A stretch of DNA of 64,000 bases from Candidatus Bathyarchaeia archaeon (GTDB lineage: Archaea; Thermoproteota; Bathyarchaeia; Bathyarchaeales; Bathycorpusculaceae): contig JBEKSS010000001.1 in the NCBI GenBank assembly GCA_049516875.1, positions 470,549 through 534,548 on the forward strand, given 5' to 3'. The translations under genes were made by a program, and so were the position numbers. This document shows positions 1 to 9,973 of this stretch, piece after piece. The notes below the pieces were generated by a model. It was not told the origin of the DNA and made no database searches. It saw nothing but the letters and a program-made list of their open reading frames with translations. Position 1 is the first letter of the stretch, and each line of letters begins with the position of its first letter.

Positions 1-2
1 AG

Positions 3-1040
3 TTGTCGGGCATCGGTCTGCCAGCGCTGTCCTTCAGTGGTGGTGAACCGCTTGCGAGAAGGGACTTTTTTGAACTTGCAGCCTATGCAAGAAAACGTGT
101 GGGCTACTTAAGTATCGCTTCAAATGGCACATTGATTACGCCAGACAATGCAAAAAGAATCAAAGATGTCGGAGTCGACTACGTGGAGATAAGCATCGAT
201 GGAGCAACGCCCGAGGTTCATGACTCGTTTAGAGGCATTCCAGGTGCGTTTGAAATGGCGATTGAAGGTGTAAGAAACTCTCTTGAAGAGGGCGTGGACA
301 CTTGCATTGCAACCGTCTTGCACAGGGACAACGTGAATGAGCTGGATAAGCTTGCCGGATTATCAAAACAGTTGGGTACGAGGTTCATGCATTTTAACTA
401 TGTTCCGACGGGAAGGGCAAAGGCTCATGTTGAACTGGATTTGACTCCGGACCAGAGGTACCATGTGCTTGAAACCATCGGCAAAGAGATAGTCGGGCTT
501 TACATGCAGAAGAAAGAGGAGGAAATCAAGTCTGGGAAGTCGGACATTAAGGTTGACAAGTTTTTCAGCACATGTCCGCAGTGCGCAAGCGTTACAAAGG
601 ACCTATCGCAAAGACAGAGAGGGAAGTTTATGGTGGAAGCTCACTATGCCGCGAAGCAAGGCGTTGAGAATGTCGCCAACTTCTTGGGGGGATGCGGTGC
701 TGGACGGCTGTACTGCTGCCTCGAACCAAACGGAGACATAAAGCCCTGTGTCTTTTTCCAAACGTCCAAGGAAACAGTTCTTGGAAACATGTTGAAAGAT
801 AGCTTTGAAGAAATATGGGACACGCATCCGCTACTGTGGAAACTTCGCATAAGGGAAGACCTTGAAGACTGCTTAATAGGCGGAGAGAAAGTGGGCTGCG
901 GAGAATGCCCTGACAAGTACATATATGGAGGGTGCAGGACCAGAGCCTACAGCTACTTTAATGGCAATGTGAAAATGCCGGATGTCGGCTGCATTCACAA
1001 TGAGCCTCTATGGGAAAAGATATCTAGTTCAAGGAGATAG
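3..1040 (+). CDS. Radical SAM/SPASM domain protein (5' partial)
   Basis: SGGEPL, SNGTLIT, ISIDG motifs; GCGAG..PC and CxxC SPASM region; CxxxCxxC motif lies upstream of the window. Confidence 0.9.
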   Translation: MSGIGLPALSFSGGEPLARRDFFELAAYARKRVGYLSIASNGTLITPDNAKRIKDVGVDYVEISIDGATPEVHDSFRGIPGAFEMAIEGVRNSLEEGVDTCIATVLHRDNVNELDKLAGLSKQLGTRFMHFNYVPTGRAKAHVELDLTPDQRYHVLETIGKEIVGLYMQKKEEEIKSGKSDIKVDKFFSTCPQCASVTKDLSQRQRGKFMVEAHYAAKQGVENVANFLGGCGAGRLYCCLEPNGDIKPCVFFQTSKETVLGNMLKDSFEEIWDTHPLLWKLRIREDLEDCLIGGEKVGCGECPDKYIYGGCRTRAYSYFNGNVKMPDVGCIHNEPLWEKISSSRR

Positions 1041-1082
1041 CAGGGAAAGAAACCCTAGACATCTACCTCAACAGTTAACAGA

Positions 1083-1280
1083 CTACGCCTTTCCTTTCTC
1101 TTCCTTCCCGAAATACGAAGTCCATTTGAGTTTGCGCGCATCTCTTCTCAAAAACAAGGAGCTTTTTCTACACTTACTTGAACAGAACCACAAAAGCGAT
1201 CCATCATTCTTGATGAACATCATGCCCGTCCCCGCTGGGAATTCGTTGCCACAAAACGAGCATTTCCTGGGCCTCGGCAT
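1083..1280 (-). CDS. rpl24e: 50S ribosomal protein eL24 (L24e)
   Basis: CSFCG..PAGTG..FCSSKC..LKWT signature. Confidence 0.97.
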   Translation of the reverse strand: MPRPRKCSFCGNEFPAGTGMMFIKNDGSLLWFCSSKCRKSSLFLRRDARKLKWTSYFGKEEKGKA

Positions 1281-1312
1281 CAGCGATCTCTCCGGATAAC
1301 CTTGGTCCTAGC

Positions 1313-1543
1313 TTATCGGTTAATCTTCCTTGCTTCTCTTTCTGTTTCCCTGAGCATCAGAAGGTCTTGGGCTCGCACGGGTCCTTTCACATTGCGCGTT
1401 ATGATGCGACCCTTGTCTTTCCCTTCGAGGATGCGTACTCTAACTTGCGAGATTTCTCCGGTTACACCTGTGCGTGCTATGACTTGAATTACCTCTGCCG
1501 GCGTAAGCTCCGCCTGCTCAGCCTCTCTCTCCCCTCTGCTCAT
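1313..1543 (-). CDS. rps28e: 30S ribosomal protein eS28 (S28e)
   Basis: [31 protein letters not shown]. Confidence 0.97.
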   Translation of the reverse strand: MSRGEREAEQAELTPAEVIQVIARTGVTGEISQVRVRILEGKDKGRIITRNVKGPVRAQDLLMLRETEREARKINR

Positions 1544-1923
1544 TAGGTCGTTCCTCTTCTCAACTGCTCAACTCTTGTAACAATCTCTTTGACCAACCCT
1601 GCGGCATCTCCTTCTTTAACAACGCATGCCGCTCCAGCAGGAACGTCAATACCTATGGCGCTGCCAATCTTTTCCTTGCTCGGGACAAATATGTACGGAA
1701 TTTTTCTTTCTTCACACAGCAAAGGCAAGTGGGCAACGACTTCTGGTGGCTGGACGTCCTCGGCTATCACTACAAGTTTAGCCTGGGCTCTTTCAATCGC
1801 CTTCGTTGTTTCGTTTGTGCCTTTCCTAACCGTGCCTGTTTTTGCAACTATTTGCAGGGCTTCATAGGCGGCATCTGCTAGCTCCTTCGAAACTTCAAAC
1901 TTCACATAGAATGGCTTGGACAT
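1543..1923 (-). CDS. rpl7ae: 50S ribosomal protein L7Ae (eL8)
   Basis: [32 protein letters not shown]; rpl7ae-rps28e-rpl24e order. Confidence 0.97.
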   Translation of the reverse strand: MSKPFYVKFEVSKELADAAYEALQIVAKTGTVRKGTNETTKAIERAQAKLVVIAEDVQPPEVVAHLPLLCEERKIPYIFVPSKEKIGSAIGIDVPAGAACVVKEGDAAGLVKEIVTRVEQLRRGTT

Positions 1924-2267
1924 AAGCCTCTCCCTTCAAATGCACAGTCTAATCAATAGATCTCATTTATGAAGGTTTCTACTAACATTAGCTCCGAAAG
2001 CAAGCGACTAAATCACGGCCCTCTGCATTGCCGCCAAATGATGAAATCTTCTAAACGTTGGATTCTAGCGGTTCCATTCATTTCCTCGTCTCTTCTGCTG
2101 ATCAATGTATTGACTTTCTTGATTGACAATCTGGGCTTGCAAGCCACAGGGAAGTGTCACAATCTTACACAAAGCCACGATGTTGACCGTGATCAGTGCA
2201 GACTGAGAGCGCGAGTCATGTACCCACGAAGATTCAACCACTAGAGAATTTCGATCTGGGTTTGCCA

Positions 2268-2881
2268 TCACTTCATTCTTGTCTTTTTCGACCTTAGTTT
2301 TACAGTCCCATATACCATGGCAAAAACTAGCAGAAAATAGAATGGCAAGTCTAAGATGAATGGCGCCCAGGCAATTCCCACTCCCTGCAGTCCATACTGG
2401 ATTACGGTTCCTTCCCCATGTTGGGCAGGTCGGCTGGATCCGCTCAGAATAATCTGTAACCACTCCAGAGAAATGCCGTAGTGGCGGATGATTGTGTAAC
2501 CGAGAGGTTTGTTGCTTCTGTTCGAACATAACTGAGATATGCCGCGAAATTGAACAGAAGCAGCAGAATGAGGACCAAAACAAACTCTTTCACAGACAGT
2601 TCAAAGCTCTCCAATATTCTGGAGAACAGCCCTTTCTCTTTGGAGGTTTTCACTGAAACGTGCACCGGAATGGTCGTCACGTCTTCATCACAATGAGGAC
2701 AGTTCTTTGAGTTTTGGTGAACCAAGCGTCCGCAATGAGGACAGAAAGATATTGCTTGTTCCGAATAGAGGCTTTGCCTGCAGTTTGGGCAGACGTGTTG
2801 GTTGGGGTCTTTCTAGGAAGCGCCGCAATGTGGGCAGTGACCCCCCTTGTACCGCTCCTGCCAAATTGAAGGAAGTGTCGT
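2268..2881 (-). pseudogene. Disrupted double-zinc-ribbon membrane protein
   Basis: Manual translation: four CPxC motifs (CPHC, CPNC, CPHC, CPHC) with in-frame TAG at 2815-2813, ACG at the expected start (2881) after GGAG, frameshift near 2500 before a TM C-terminus ending RSKKTRMK*. Confidence 0.7.
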
Positions 2882-3181
2882 TTAAAGCTCCACTATTTCC
2901 TTCACTATTCCGGCGTTTTTCGCTGCCAGGTCTCTTCTGCTAACCGAAAACCAATCACCCACAGGCGCATTCTTTGACCCCATCTTGTCCATTTATTCAC
3001 TCCACTGACTTGCATTAGACACTTCAGTTCAAGCATCAAATCAACAAAAGCCAAGCTTAAGACTTCAAACCGAGCTATTTTGGAGTATTGAACCTAGCGC
3101 AGGTGAAGGCCTGGACGTAGAAAGGTTTAAATAGGCTGCATGGTTGAAGCACTTCGCTTTTCATGAGGGGATATTAAAAGT

Positions 3182-3439
3182 TTGCAGAGACTAGGCCTAA
3201 TCCTCCATGTAACTCCATCCCATAACATCATAGCAAAGATTGAAAACGTACCCAGAATTGGTGAAACAGTCGTGGATGAGAATCTGAAGCCTGTTGGAAA
3301 GGTTTTCGACATACTTGGTCCGGTGTCTTCGCCTTACGCAACGATAGCTCCCACGATTCGAGACCCTGAGAAACTGGCTAACAGGAAAGTGTACATACTC
3401 CCCTCAAAGAGGAGAAAGGAGAAAAACAGGTATGGATGA
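3182..3439 (+). CDS. gar1: H/ACA RNP protein Gar1/Naf1
   Basis: [15 protein letters not shown] motif; conserved position upstream of tfb. Confidence 0.9.
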   Translation: MQRLGLILHVTPSHNIIAKIENVPRIGETVVDENLKPVGKVFDILGPVSSPYATIAPTIRDPEKLANRKVYILPSKRRKEKNRYG

Positions 3440-4406
3440 TGGTGAAGAAGTGCGGGCAGATTCAACGTCTGCACCGCCAACGCAAGGCCCTGAACATGTG
3501 AAGATACAGAGCTGCCCAGAGTGCGGCAGTACCAGAATCATGCGAGATTATGAATGTGCCGAACTCGTCTGCATGAACTGTGGTTTCGTGCTGGCTGCGA
3601 AGATAACTGACAGAGGACCGGAATGGAGAGCTTTCGACGATGAACAGAGGACCAAGAGGACAAGGGTTGGCGCGCCGTTGACGTACACAATCCATGATAA
3701 AGGCTTATCAACGATGATTGACTGGCATGACAGAGACATTTACGGCAAAAGCCTGTCACCTGGACAAAAAGCACAGGTATATCGTCTTCGAAAATGGCAG
3801 CGTCGAATAAGAGTTTCAGACGCAACAGAACGTAACCTCGCATTTGCATTATCTGAAATCACGAAAATTGCTAATAACCTGAACCTTCCAAAGAGCATTC
3901 TTGAAACAGCGTCAGTGATTTATCGAAAAGCCGTCAAAGAGCGACTGATACGAGGAAGATCGATTCAAGGTGTAACAGCCGCAGCCATCTATCTGGCCTG
4001 CAGACAATGCGGGCTGGCTAGAACACTGGAAGAGATAGCACAGGCGTCAAGTGTGAACAAGAAGGAAGTAGGCCGCAGTTACCGCTTCCTGATTAAAGAG
4101 CTCAACTATTCTATTCCACCGCTTAAACCAAGCCAGTACATAACAAAGTTCTCGAACCAGCTGACAATGCAAGGGAAAGTTGAGGAAATCGCCCACAAAA
4201 TCTTGGCAGCCGCAAAAGAACTGAAGCTGACTTCAGGTCGGGGTCCAACCGGCATCGCAGCCGCAGCAAGTTACATCGCTTCAGTCTTAACTGGAGAAAG
4301 AAGGACCCAGAGAGAGATAGCCGAGATAGCACAAGTGACTGAGGTCACAATTCGAAACCGTTACAAAGAGCTTGTTGAACGACTGGCATTCCAAATTACG
4401 CTCTAA
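3432..4406 (+). CDS. tfb: Transcription initiation factor IIB (TFB)
   Basis: CPECG Zn ribbon, GPEWRAF B-reader, two cyclin repeats, [12 protein letters not shown]. Confidence 0.98.
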   Translation: MDDGEEVRADSTSAPPTQGPEHVKIQSCPECGSTRIMRDYECAELVCMNCGFVLAAKITDRGPEWRAFDDEQRTKRTRVGAPLTYTIHDKGLSTMIDWHDRDIYGKSLSPGQKAQVYRLRKWQRRIRVSDATERNLAFALSEITKIANNLNLPKSILETASVIYRKAVKERLIRGRSIQGVTAAAIYLACRQCGLARTLEEIAQASSVNKKEVGRSYRFLIKELNYSIPPLKPSQYITKFSNQLTMQGKVEEIAHKILAAAKELKLTSGRGPTGIAAAASYIASVLTGERRTQREIAEIAQVTEVTIRNRYKELVERLAFQITL

Positions 4407-4615
4407 ACCCTCTTCCCTTTTTCTTAGTGTCGACACTACATCATCCCATTGCTCTAGACCCTTTCATCAAGAGCTAAGCGGATTTTTCATTCTACTGGTT
4501 CCATTTTTTCACTGAATTTGCAGGCAATTGCTAGGCCTTTCAGGTTCGGTTTGGTGTTCACTGCAAAACGCATTTTAGACCCAATGTGTGATGTTAAGGG
4601 GGGAGGAGAAGCTAT

Positions 4616-5044
4616 TTGGTTAATTGTCCAAAATGTGGAAATGATGTGAAGACTCCGGCTAAGACTTGGCCTATTCCTTCGAGAGAATCTTTGAAAGAGG
4701 ATGAAAAGCCCCGGCTTGTTGGCATATTTGAATGTCCAAATTGCAAGGCTAGGTTCAGATCCGCTGTGGAGACTGAAACTGAACTCAGAGAGACAGTAAA
4801 CATTAAGAACATGGTTGAAAGAATTAAGTGCATAAAAGGGGAACTCATGCAGACATTGATGAATCTTCGTGAAAAAATAAACACTCTGGAAACCGAACGT
4901 GCAAGTTTAATGGTTGAAATTGAGAAGCTGAGAGAAGTTGCAGAATCAAGAGTCGACGCTCTTGAAAGCGAGGTAAGCATGCTGCGAAACGAAGTAAAAT
5001 CTCTGAGAGACCTACTGGGGTACAAGGAAGAAGAAAAACCGTAG
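4616..5044 (+). CDS. Cren7-like Zn-ribbon domain fused to C-terminal coiled coil
   Basis: CPKCG..PAKTW..VGIFECPNCKARFR resembles Cren7 family; heptad-rich C-terminal ~85 aa. Confidence 0.65.
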   Translation: MVNCPKCGNDVKTPAKTWPIPSRESLKEDEKPRLVGIFECPNCKARFRSAVETETELRETVNIKNMVERIKCIKGELMQTLMNLREKINTLETERASLMVEIEKLREVAESRVDALESEVSMLRNEVKSLRDLLGYKEEEKP

Positions 5045-5100
5045 AGAAACTGGCTGGCAGCCTCATTTGCAACTGTTCTGGCTTTTCGCCCTGCTACACA

Positions 5101-5496
5101 TTAAGAAGACAAATATTGCTTGTAGTATTCCGTTGCCTTGGCTACTGCTTTTTCCGGATCATTCAAGATTAGATATTTTTCAGCAGTAACCCTTTCTGCT
5201 TCACCATAATACTCCACTACTTTCTTCGTGTTACCTTCGTAAATTGCCAATCCACCGGCAACCTCATACCACATCCGGGCACGCGAGACGTCTTTTTCCT
5301 TATCGGCCTTTTTGGCATTGTCAACAGCTTCTTTCATGGAAACATCAACTTTCCTAGGGTCAAGGAACATGACAGGAGATAAGGCTTCATACGCCTCCCT
5401 GTCGCTTCCGCAAATTTGTTCGAGGCCTGTCAAATTTCTCATCGTCTCCTTACTCGCTTTGCTTTTCTCTTTTCCTTTTCCAAACATTTTTGCCAA
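5101..5496 (-). CDS. Hypothetical helical protein
   Basis: 131-aa ORF with protein-like composition; no family recognised. Confidence 0.7.
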   Translation of the reverse strand: MAKMFGKGKEKSKASKETMRNLTGLEQICGSDREAYEALSPVMFLDPRKVDVSMKEAVDNAKKADKEKDVSRARMWYEVAGGLAIYEGNTKKVVEYYGEAERVTAEKYLILNDPEKAVAKATEYYKQYLSS

Positions 5497-5585
5497 TTCA
5501 AGCCTCTCTTGCTCGCGAATACTTTGGATCTAACTCTACTATAAGAGGGGTTAATCTTAAAGGTTTGTCCTTCTATTAAGTACGT

Positions 5586-6221
5586 ATGCCATACAGGTTT
5601 ACGTTTGACCTTTCAAGGATTCCGCGTTTCTTCTTCACCGAGGTGACAAGAGCGGCCTACGAAAGGGGTATGCACAGAAGGGTCGGCAAAACCGTCCAAG
5701 AAATCATAAGGAAGTTCAAGATTCAGGAGGCAACAGGTCTCAACCTGTCTGATGCCGTGGCTCTCCTCGAAGATCTCATAGATGTACAAGCCAGAAACCT
5801 CATAGAAAGAGAAAGATTCATTCAAACAAAAAGAAGGGCGTTGCTTCTGCCTCACTGCTCCAGAAAATTCATGGACAACCGATGCAAAGCATCCTTCGAC
5901 CCTAAAATCCCATCTTACGTCTGCGCTCACTGTTCTCCAGACTGCCAGATTGGAAAAGCCGAGCTTTTGGCCAAGAAAAAAGGCTACGACGTTTACATCT
6001 TGCCCGGCGGCTCCTGCATTCCGAAGATTTTGAACGCGAACCACTATGAAGGCATAATAGGAGTCGCTTGCGGTGAAGAGATAAGAACCGGCGGGGAAGC
6101 ATTGAAAGCCATGAACATAAGCGGCCAAACCGTTCCATTAATAAAAAACGGCTGCGCAAACACTCTCGTTTCTTCCAGCGCAAGTTCTTGCTGTGACATT
6201 TCCGGCATTTCACCGCAGTAG
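5586..6221 (+). CDS. DUF116 family protein (natural C-terminus appears lost after GCANT)
   Basis: LLPHCSR, CAHC..C, PGGS, GVAC, GCxNT motifs. Confidence 0.85.
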   Translation: MPYRFTFDLSRIPRFFFTEVTRAAYERGMHRRVGKTVQEIIRKFKIQEATGLNLSDAVALLEDLIDVQARNLIERERFIQTKRRALLLPHCSRKFMDNRCKASFDPKIPSYVCAHCSPDCQIGKAELLAKKKGYDVYILPGGSCIPKILNANHYEGIIGVACGEEIRTGGEALKAMNISGQTVPLIKNGCANTLVSSSASSCCDISGISPQ

Positions 6222-6312
6222 CAGCATTTCTTGCACCGCAATGTCGGCATATCTTCATGTGAAGCCTGTGTTCCTGAGCAAGAGTCTTCTTAAGAGGATC
6301 AAGTATCGGCAT
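5902..6312 (-). CDS. rpl40e: 50S ribosomal protein eL40 (core 6163-6312; no stop after KKRE, ORF runs to 5902)
   Basis: KICRHCGARNAATAVKCRKCHSKNLRWKKRE signature. Confidence 0.9.
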   Translation of the reverse strand: MPILDPLKKTLAQEHRLHMKICRHCGARNAATAVKCRKCHSKNLRWKKRECLRSRFLLMERFGRLCSWLSMLPRRFLSLHRKRLLLCLHSGSRSKSSECRSRRARCKRRSLFSWPKARLFQSGSLENSERRRKMGF

Positions 6313-6403
6313 TGGATCATTCTCTCATTTGTGGCTAAGAGTGAAGCATTCCAGTGTCAAATATACTTTTTGCCGGCTAGCCCCATAACACGTTTGCCGC
6401 CTT

Positions 6404-7279
6404 TCAAGCTTTGATCAGCTCGGTTAAAAGCTCCGCCACATCGCTGGGTTTTTCAGCCACTTTCACTCCGGCATTTCTGAAGACTTCAATTTTATTTTCA
6501 GCCGTTCCCGCTTTGCCCATAACGATTGCACCTGCATGCCCCATACGTTTCCCAGGTGGAGCCGAACGTCCAGCTATAAATGCCACCACAGGTTTCGGAT
6601 ACATTTCCTCTGAAATGTATTTTGCCGCCAACTCTTCAAGGTTGCCTCCAATTTCACCTATCAGAACAACAGCTTTCGTCTGAGAGTCAGCTTCAAACAT
6701 CTTCAAGGCATCTATGAAATTCAATCCTGTTATGGGGTCTCCTCCCAAGCCAAGACATGTCGACTCCCCCAACCGCTTTCGGGTCAAGCCCGCGGCTATT
6801 TCGTACGTAAGCGTCCCGCTGCGCGAAGCCATGCCCACGCTGCCCGACTTGAAGATGTGTGAGGGCATAATGCCCAGTTTGCACGCCTCGGGCGATATTA
6901 TGCCAGGAGTGTTTGGCCCGATTACTGTCGCTTTAACCTGTCTCGCATGAGCCATTACGCTGATTGCGTCCTTGATGGGAATGTGTTCAGTTATTATAAC
7001 CACGGTTTTTATCCCGTTTTCCATGGCTTCCAGAGCCGCATCTGCAGCGAATGGAGCCGGCACGAAAATTATTGAAGCGTTCGCATGGTGTTTCTCCTGT
7101 GCCTCCTCACCCGTATTATAAACTGCCACACCTTCAACTTGAGCTCCCCCCTTACCCGGCGTCACACCTGCGACTATTTTTGTCCCGTATTCCAGCATCA
7201 GCCTCGTGTGGAAACTTCCCTGAGTCCCAGTTATGCCCCAAACGATTGCACGCGTGCTCTTGCCGATTATTATCCCCAA
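6404..7279 (-). CDS. sucD: Succinyl-CoA synthetase alpha subunit
   Basis: [30 protein letters not shown]. Confidence 0.96.
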   Translation of the reverse strand: MGIIIGKSTRAIVWGITGTQGSFHTRLMLEYGTKIVAGVTPGKGGAQVEGVAVYNTGEEAQEKHHANASIIFVPAPFAADAALEAMENGIKTVVIITEHIPIKDAISVMAHARQVKATVIGPNTPGIISPEACKLGIMPSHIFKSGSVGMASRSGTLTYEIAAGLTRKRLGESTCLGLGGDPITGLNFIDALKMFEADSQTKAVVLIGEIGGNLEELAAKYISEEMYPKPVVAFIAGRSAPPGKRMGHAGAIVMGKAGTAENKIEVFRNAGVKVAEKPSDVAELLTELIKA

Positions 7280-7281
7280 GC

Positions 7282-8430
7282 TTACGCACCTCCTTTCTTA
7301 GAAATCTCAACGGCTCGCTGCGCGGCTTCCTCCATGCTTTCCAACACGTGAATGCCGGCCTCCGTTAGTATCCTTTTTCCCTCCTCCTCATTTGTGCCCA
7401 CCAGCCGGATGACCATAGGTGTTGTCACTCTGGCCTTCTCTTTAGCCTGCAAGATTCCTCTTGCAACCTCGTCGCAACGGGTGATTCCCCCGAGGATGTT
7501 TATAAAAAGCACCTTGACCTTCGGGTCTGAAAGCACTATCTTAAGGGCAAGGGCCGTTTTCTCGGAGGGAGCCCCTCCTCCCACGTCCAGAAAGTTCGCG
7601 GGTTTTCCACCGTAATACTGAATCGTGTCCAATGTTGCCATCACTAGGCCTGCTCCGTTGCCTATGACTCCGATGTTCCCGTCAAGCTTCACGTAAGCCA
7701 GATCGTTCTTGACAGCTTCAAGCTCCTGTGGACTGAGTTCACTCTCTCCCTCAAGAAGCCTCTTCTTGTATTCCTGATGGCGGAACAGGGCGTTGTCATC
7801 AATTATCATCCGCGCGTCCACCGCCAAGAATTTTCCGTCTGTGGCCTCCACCAACGGGTTCATCTCGATCAGTTCTGTATCGTAGTCCATGCCGACAAGA
7901 TAGAGCTTTTCGAGAATCCTTCCAAGTTCTGAGATTTGGGTGCCAGAATATTCCATTCTTCTCGCGATCTGCCGTGCCAGAAAAGGATGGAAACCGAACT
8001 CGGGGTTTATGGGGGTTGCTATCACTTTCTCAGGGGTTTTGGATGCTACTTCTTCTATGTCCATTCCCCCGACACCAGAAGCAATTGCGACGTATCGCTG
8101 TCTGAACCTGTCGGTTGTCAAGCCGAAGTACAGTTCTCTTTTGACCTGAATTTTCTCTTCGACCCACACGCTTTTGACAGGTATGCCTTTTATCTGCATG
8201 TCTAAGAGTTTCTCGGCGGTTTTCTCAGTTTCCTCAACAGAGTTGGCGAACAGAATGCCGCCTGCCTTGCCTCTTCCTGCAACCAAAACCTGCGCTTTAA
8301 CCGCAACCGGCATTTTCAGCCCAGCCGCAACCTCACGCGCTTGACGGGAATCCGACGCCAACCCGCCTTGAGGCACTGGAACGCCGTGTTTCGAAAGTAT
8401 GTTCTTTGCTTCATATTCAAACAGTTTCAA
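7282..8430 (-). CDS. sucC: Succinyl-CoA synthetase beta subunit
   Basis: KAQVLVAGRGKAGG, GNGAGLVMAT, ANFLDVGGG, GGITRCD. Confidence 0.96.
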   Translation of the reverse strand: MKLFEYEAKNILSKHGVPVPQGGLASDSRQAREVAAGLKMPVAVKAQVLVAGRGKAGGILFANSVEETEKTAEKLLDMQIKGIPVKSVWVEEKIQVKRELYFGLTTDRFRQRYVAIASGVGGMDIEEVASKTPEKVIATPINPEFGFHPFLARQIARRMEYSGTQISELGRILEKLYLVGMDYDTELIEMNPLVEATDGKFLAVDARMIIDDNALFRHQEYKKRLLEGESELSPQELEAVKNDLAYVKLDGNIGVIGNGAGLVMATLDTIQYYGGKPANFLDVGGGAPSEKTALALKIVLSDPKVKVLFINILGGITRCDEVARGILQAKEKARVTTPMVIRLVGTNEEEGKRILTEAGIHVLESMEEAAQRAVEISKKGGA

Positions 8431-8443
8431 TCAAACACTCTCC

Positions 8444-8902
8444 TTATCTTATCGTTTCTATTGCAATGTAGGATTTGGTGTCTTGTATGCCGTCAATTGA
8501 GGATAACCTTTTTAAGACTTCGTCGAGCTGCCTCCTTTCCGTTATCACCAATGCGTCAACATCGCCTGCGATTCTGAAGGCCCTTTGAACCGCAAGTTCC
8601 TTGATCTTGTCGTAGACGTAGCTTCGCTTCAGAGGCGAAACCTTGATGAATATGAAGGCAGGAGTTGAGGACATCCCAAGCGCGCTCAGCCCCTCGTCAG
8701 TCACGTCTATGAAACCCCTTCCAGTCCGTATATAGCTCAGGTCTCTGAGTTTTCGCAAGTGAACGTTCAAAGCCTGTCTGCTTATGTTCAACTGCCTTGC
8801 CAACTCGTCCTGCTTCAAATGCAAAGTGTACGCGTTTGTCGACTTGCCCTTCTCGTAGAGCAACCGCAACAGCTGCCTTGTACGTTTTGTAAGCGTTTCC
8901 AA
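8444..8902 (-). CDS. Lrp/AsnC-family transcriptional regulator
   Basis: N-terminal wHTH (ELARQLNISRQALNVHLRKL) plus RAM-like C-terminal domain; first gene of the sucCD operon. Confidence 0.8.
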   Translation of the reverse strand: METLTKRTRQLLRLLYEKGKSTNAYTLHLKQDELARQLNISRQALNVHLRKLRDLSYIRTGRGFIDVTDEGLSALGMSSTPAFIFIKVSPLKRSYVYDKIKELAVQRAFRIAGDVDALVITERRQLDEVLKRLSSIDGIQDTKSYIAIETIR

Positions 8903-9110
8903 ACTGTCTCCCCAATCGTTACATTTTGTGAAGCTCAGTGTTTACAATAGTAAGGTTTATTTAAATGTTTAGCAAAAATCAGACAAACGGGTTCATTCCA
9001 AAATCGGTTTTTTGTTAACTGAAGATTGAAACCGTAATGTATTTATTTGCCGAGAAAGAAGGTTATCGAGCCTACATAAAAATGGAAACTAGGAGCGAGG
9101 CGGTAAAAAA

Positions 9111-9389
9111 ATGTCAGAAAGCAATGCAGTGTTGATCGGAAACAAGCCAGTAATGAACTATGTACTGGCATGCATAACCCTCTTTCACGGCGGAGCAAAA
9201 GAAGTAAACGTTAAGGCGCGAGGGAGAGCCATAAGCCGAGCAGTTGACGTCGTCGAGGTCGTCAGACGCCGATTCTTGCCAGACGTAAAGATCAAAGGAA
9301 TTGGCATTGGAACACAGCAGATGGCACCCAGAGAAGAGGGTGGCCCGCCTTCAAACGTCAGCACAGTCGAAATTTCGCTTGAACGATAA
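9111..9389 (+). CDS. albA: DNA/RNA-binding protein Alba
   Basis: [27 protein letters not shown]. Confidence 0.96.
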   Translation: MSESNAVLIGNKPVMNYVLACITLFHGGAKEVNVKARGRAISRAVDVVEVVRRRFLPDVKIKGIGIGTQQMAPREEGGPPSNVSTVEISLER

Positions 9390-9461
9390 AACACCGTTTC
9401 TACACAAACCAATGCTCCGCCGCCCCTCCTTTGTTTGCGGAGGGCCAGTCCATAGTTGAAG

Positions 9462-9965
9462 ATGGGTCTTTGCAGTTTCTGCTTAAAGAGCGGCATACTG
9501 TGCCAAAAGTGTTTAGCTAAACTGAAGTCTGGAGAAGTAAGTGAAACAGACTTGCGAGTGGCCCGTTTGCTGCTGTCTCTGGAAGAAAGGTTTCCCTCCC
9601 TTCAAAACGTCTATTTTCATAAGACAATTGACACGGACAGAACGTTAGCGATAGTGGTCGGGCCTGGGGATGTCCCCCGCCTTCTGGGATACGGAGGAAA
9701 AATCGTTAAGACTCTGAGCGAAGAAACCCGCAAGAACATTCGCATTTTGGAGAACGGGGTTGACGATAGAAAGTTCCTGGAAGACTTGTTTGCTCCGTTG
9801 AGCATCATGACGATAAACACGATATGGCTGCCTGACGGGACCACAGAGACCAGGGTTATACTGGGAAAGAGGCGTGGGACGCGCTCTTCCCTTGATGTAA
9901 AGGCTTTAAAGGAGATTGCCAGTAAAGTTCGCAACATAACGTTGCGAGTGGAGTATGCAGACTAG
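9462..9965 (+). CDS. Archaeal NusA-like KH-domain protein with N-terminal Cys4 Zn site
   Basis: CSFCLKSGILCQKC plus LGYGGKIVK KH-like loop. Confidence 0.75.
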   Translation: MGLCSFCLKSGILCQKCLAKLKSGEVSETDLRVARLLLSLEERFPSLQNVYFHKTIDTDRTLAIVVGPGDVPRLLGYGGKIVKTLSEETRKNIRILENGVDDRKFLEDLFAPLSIMTINTIWLPDGTTETRVILGKRRGTRSSLDVKALKEIASKVRNITLRVEYAD

Positions 9966-9973
9966 GCTAGACG

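Noticed and set aside
2813-2815. Pyrrolysine/amber read-through at the in-frame TAG
   Set aside because: The same gene has other lesions, and conserved genes here (rpl24e, aspS, purQ) end normally in TAG.
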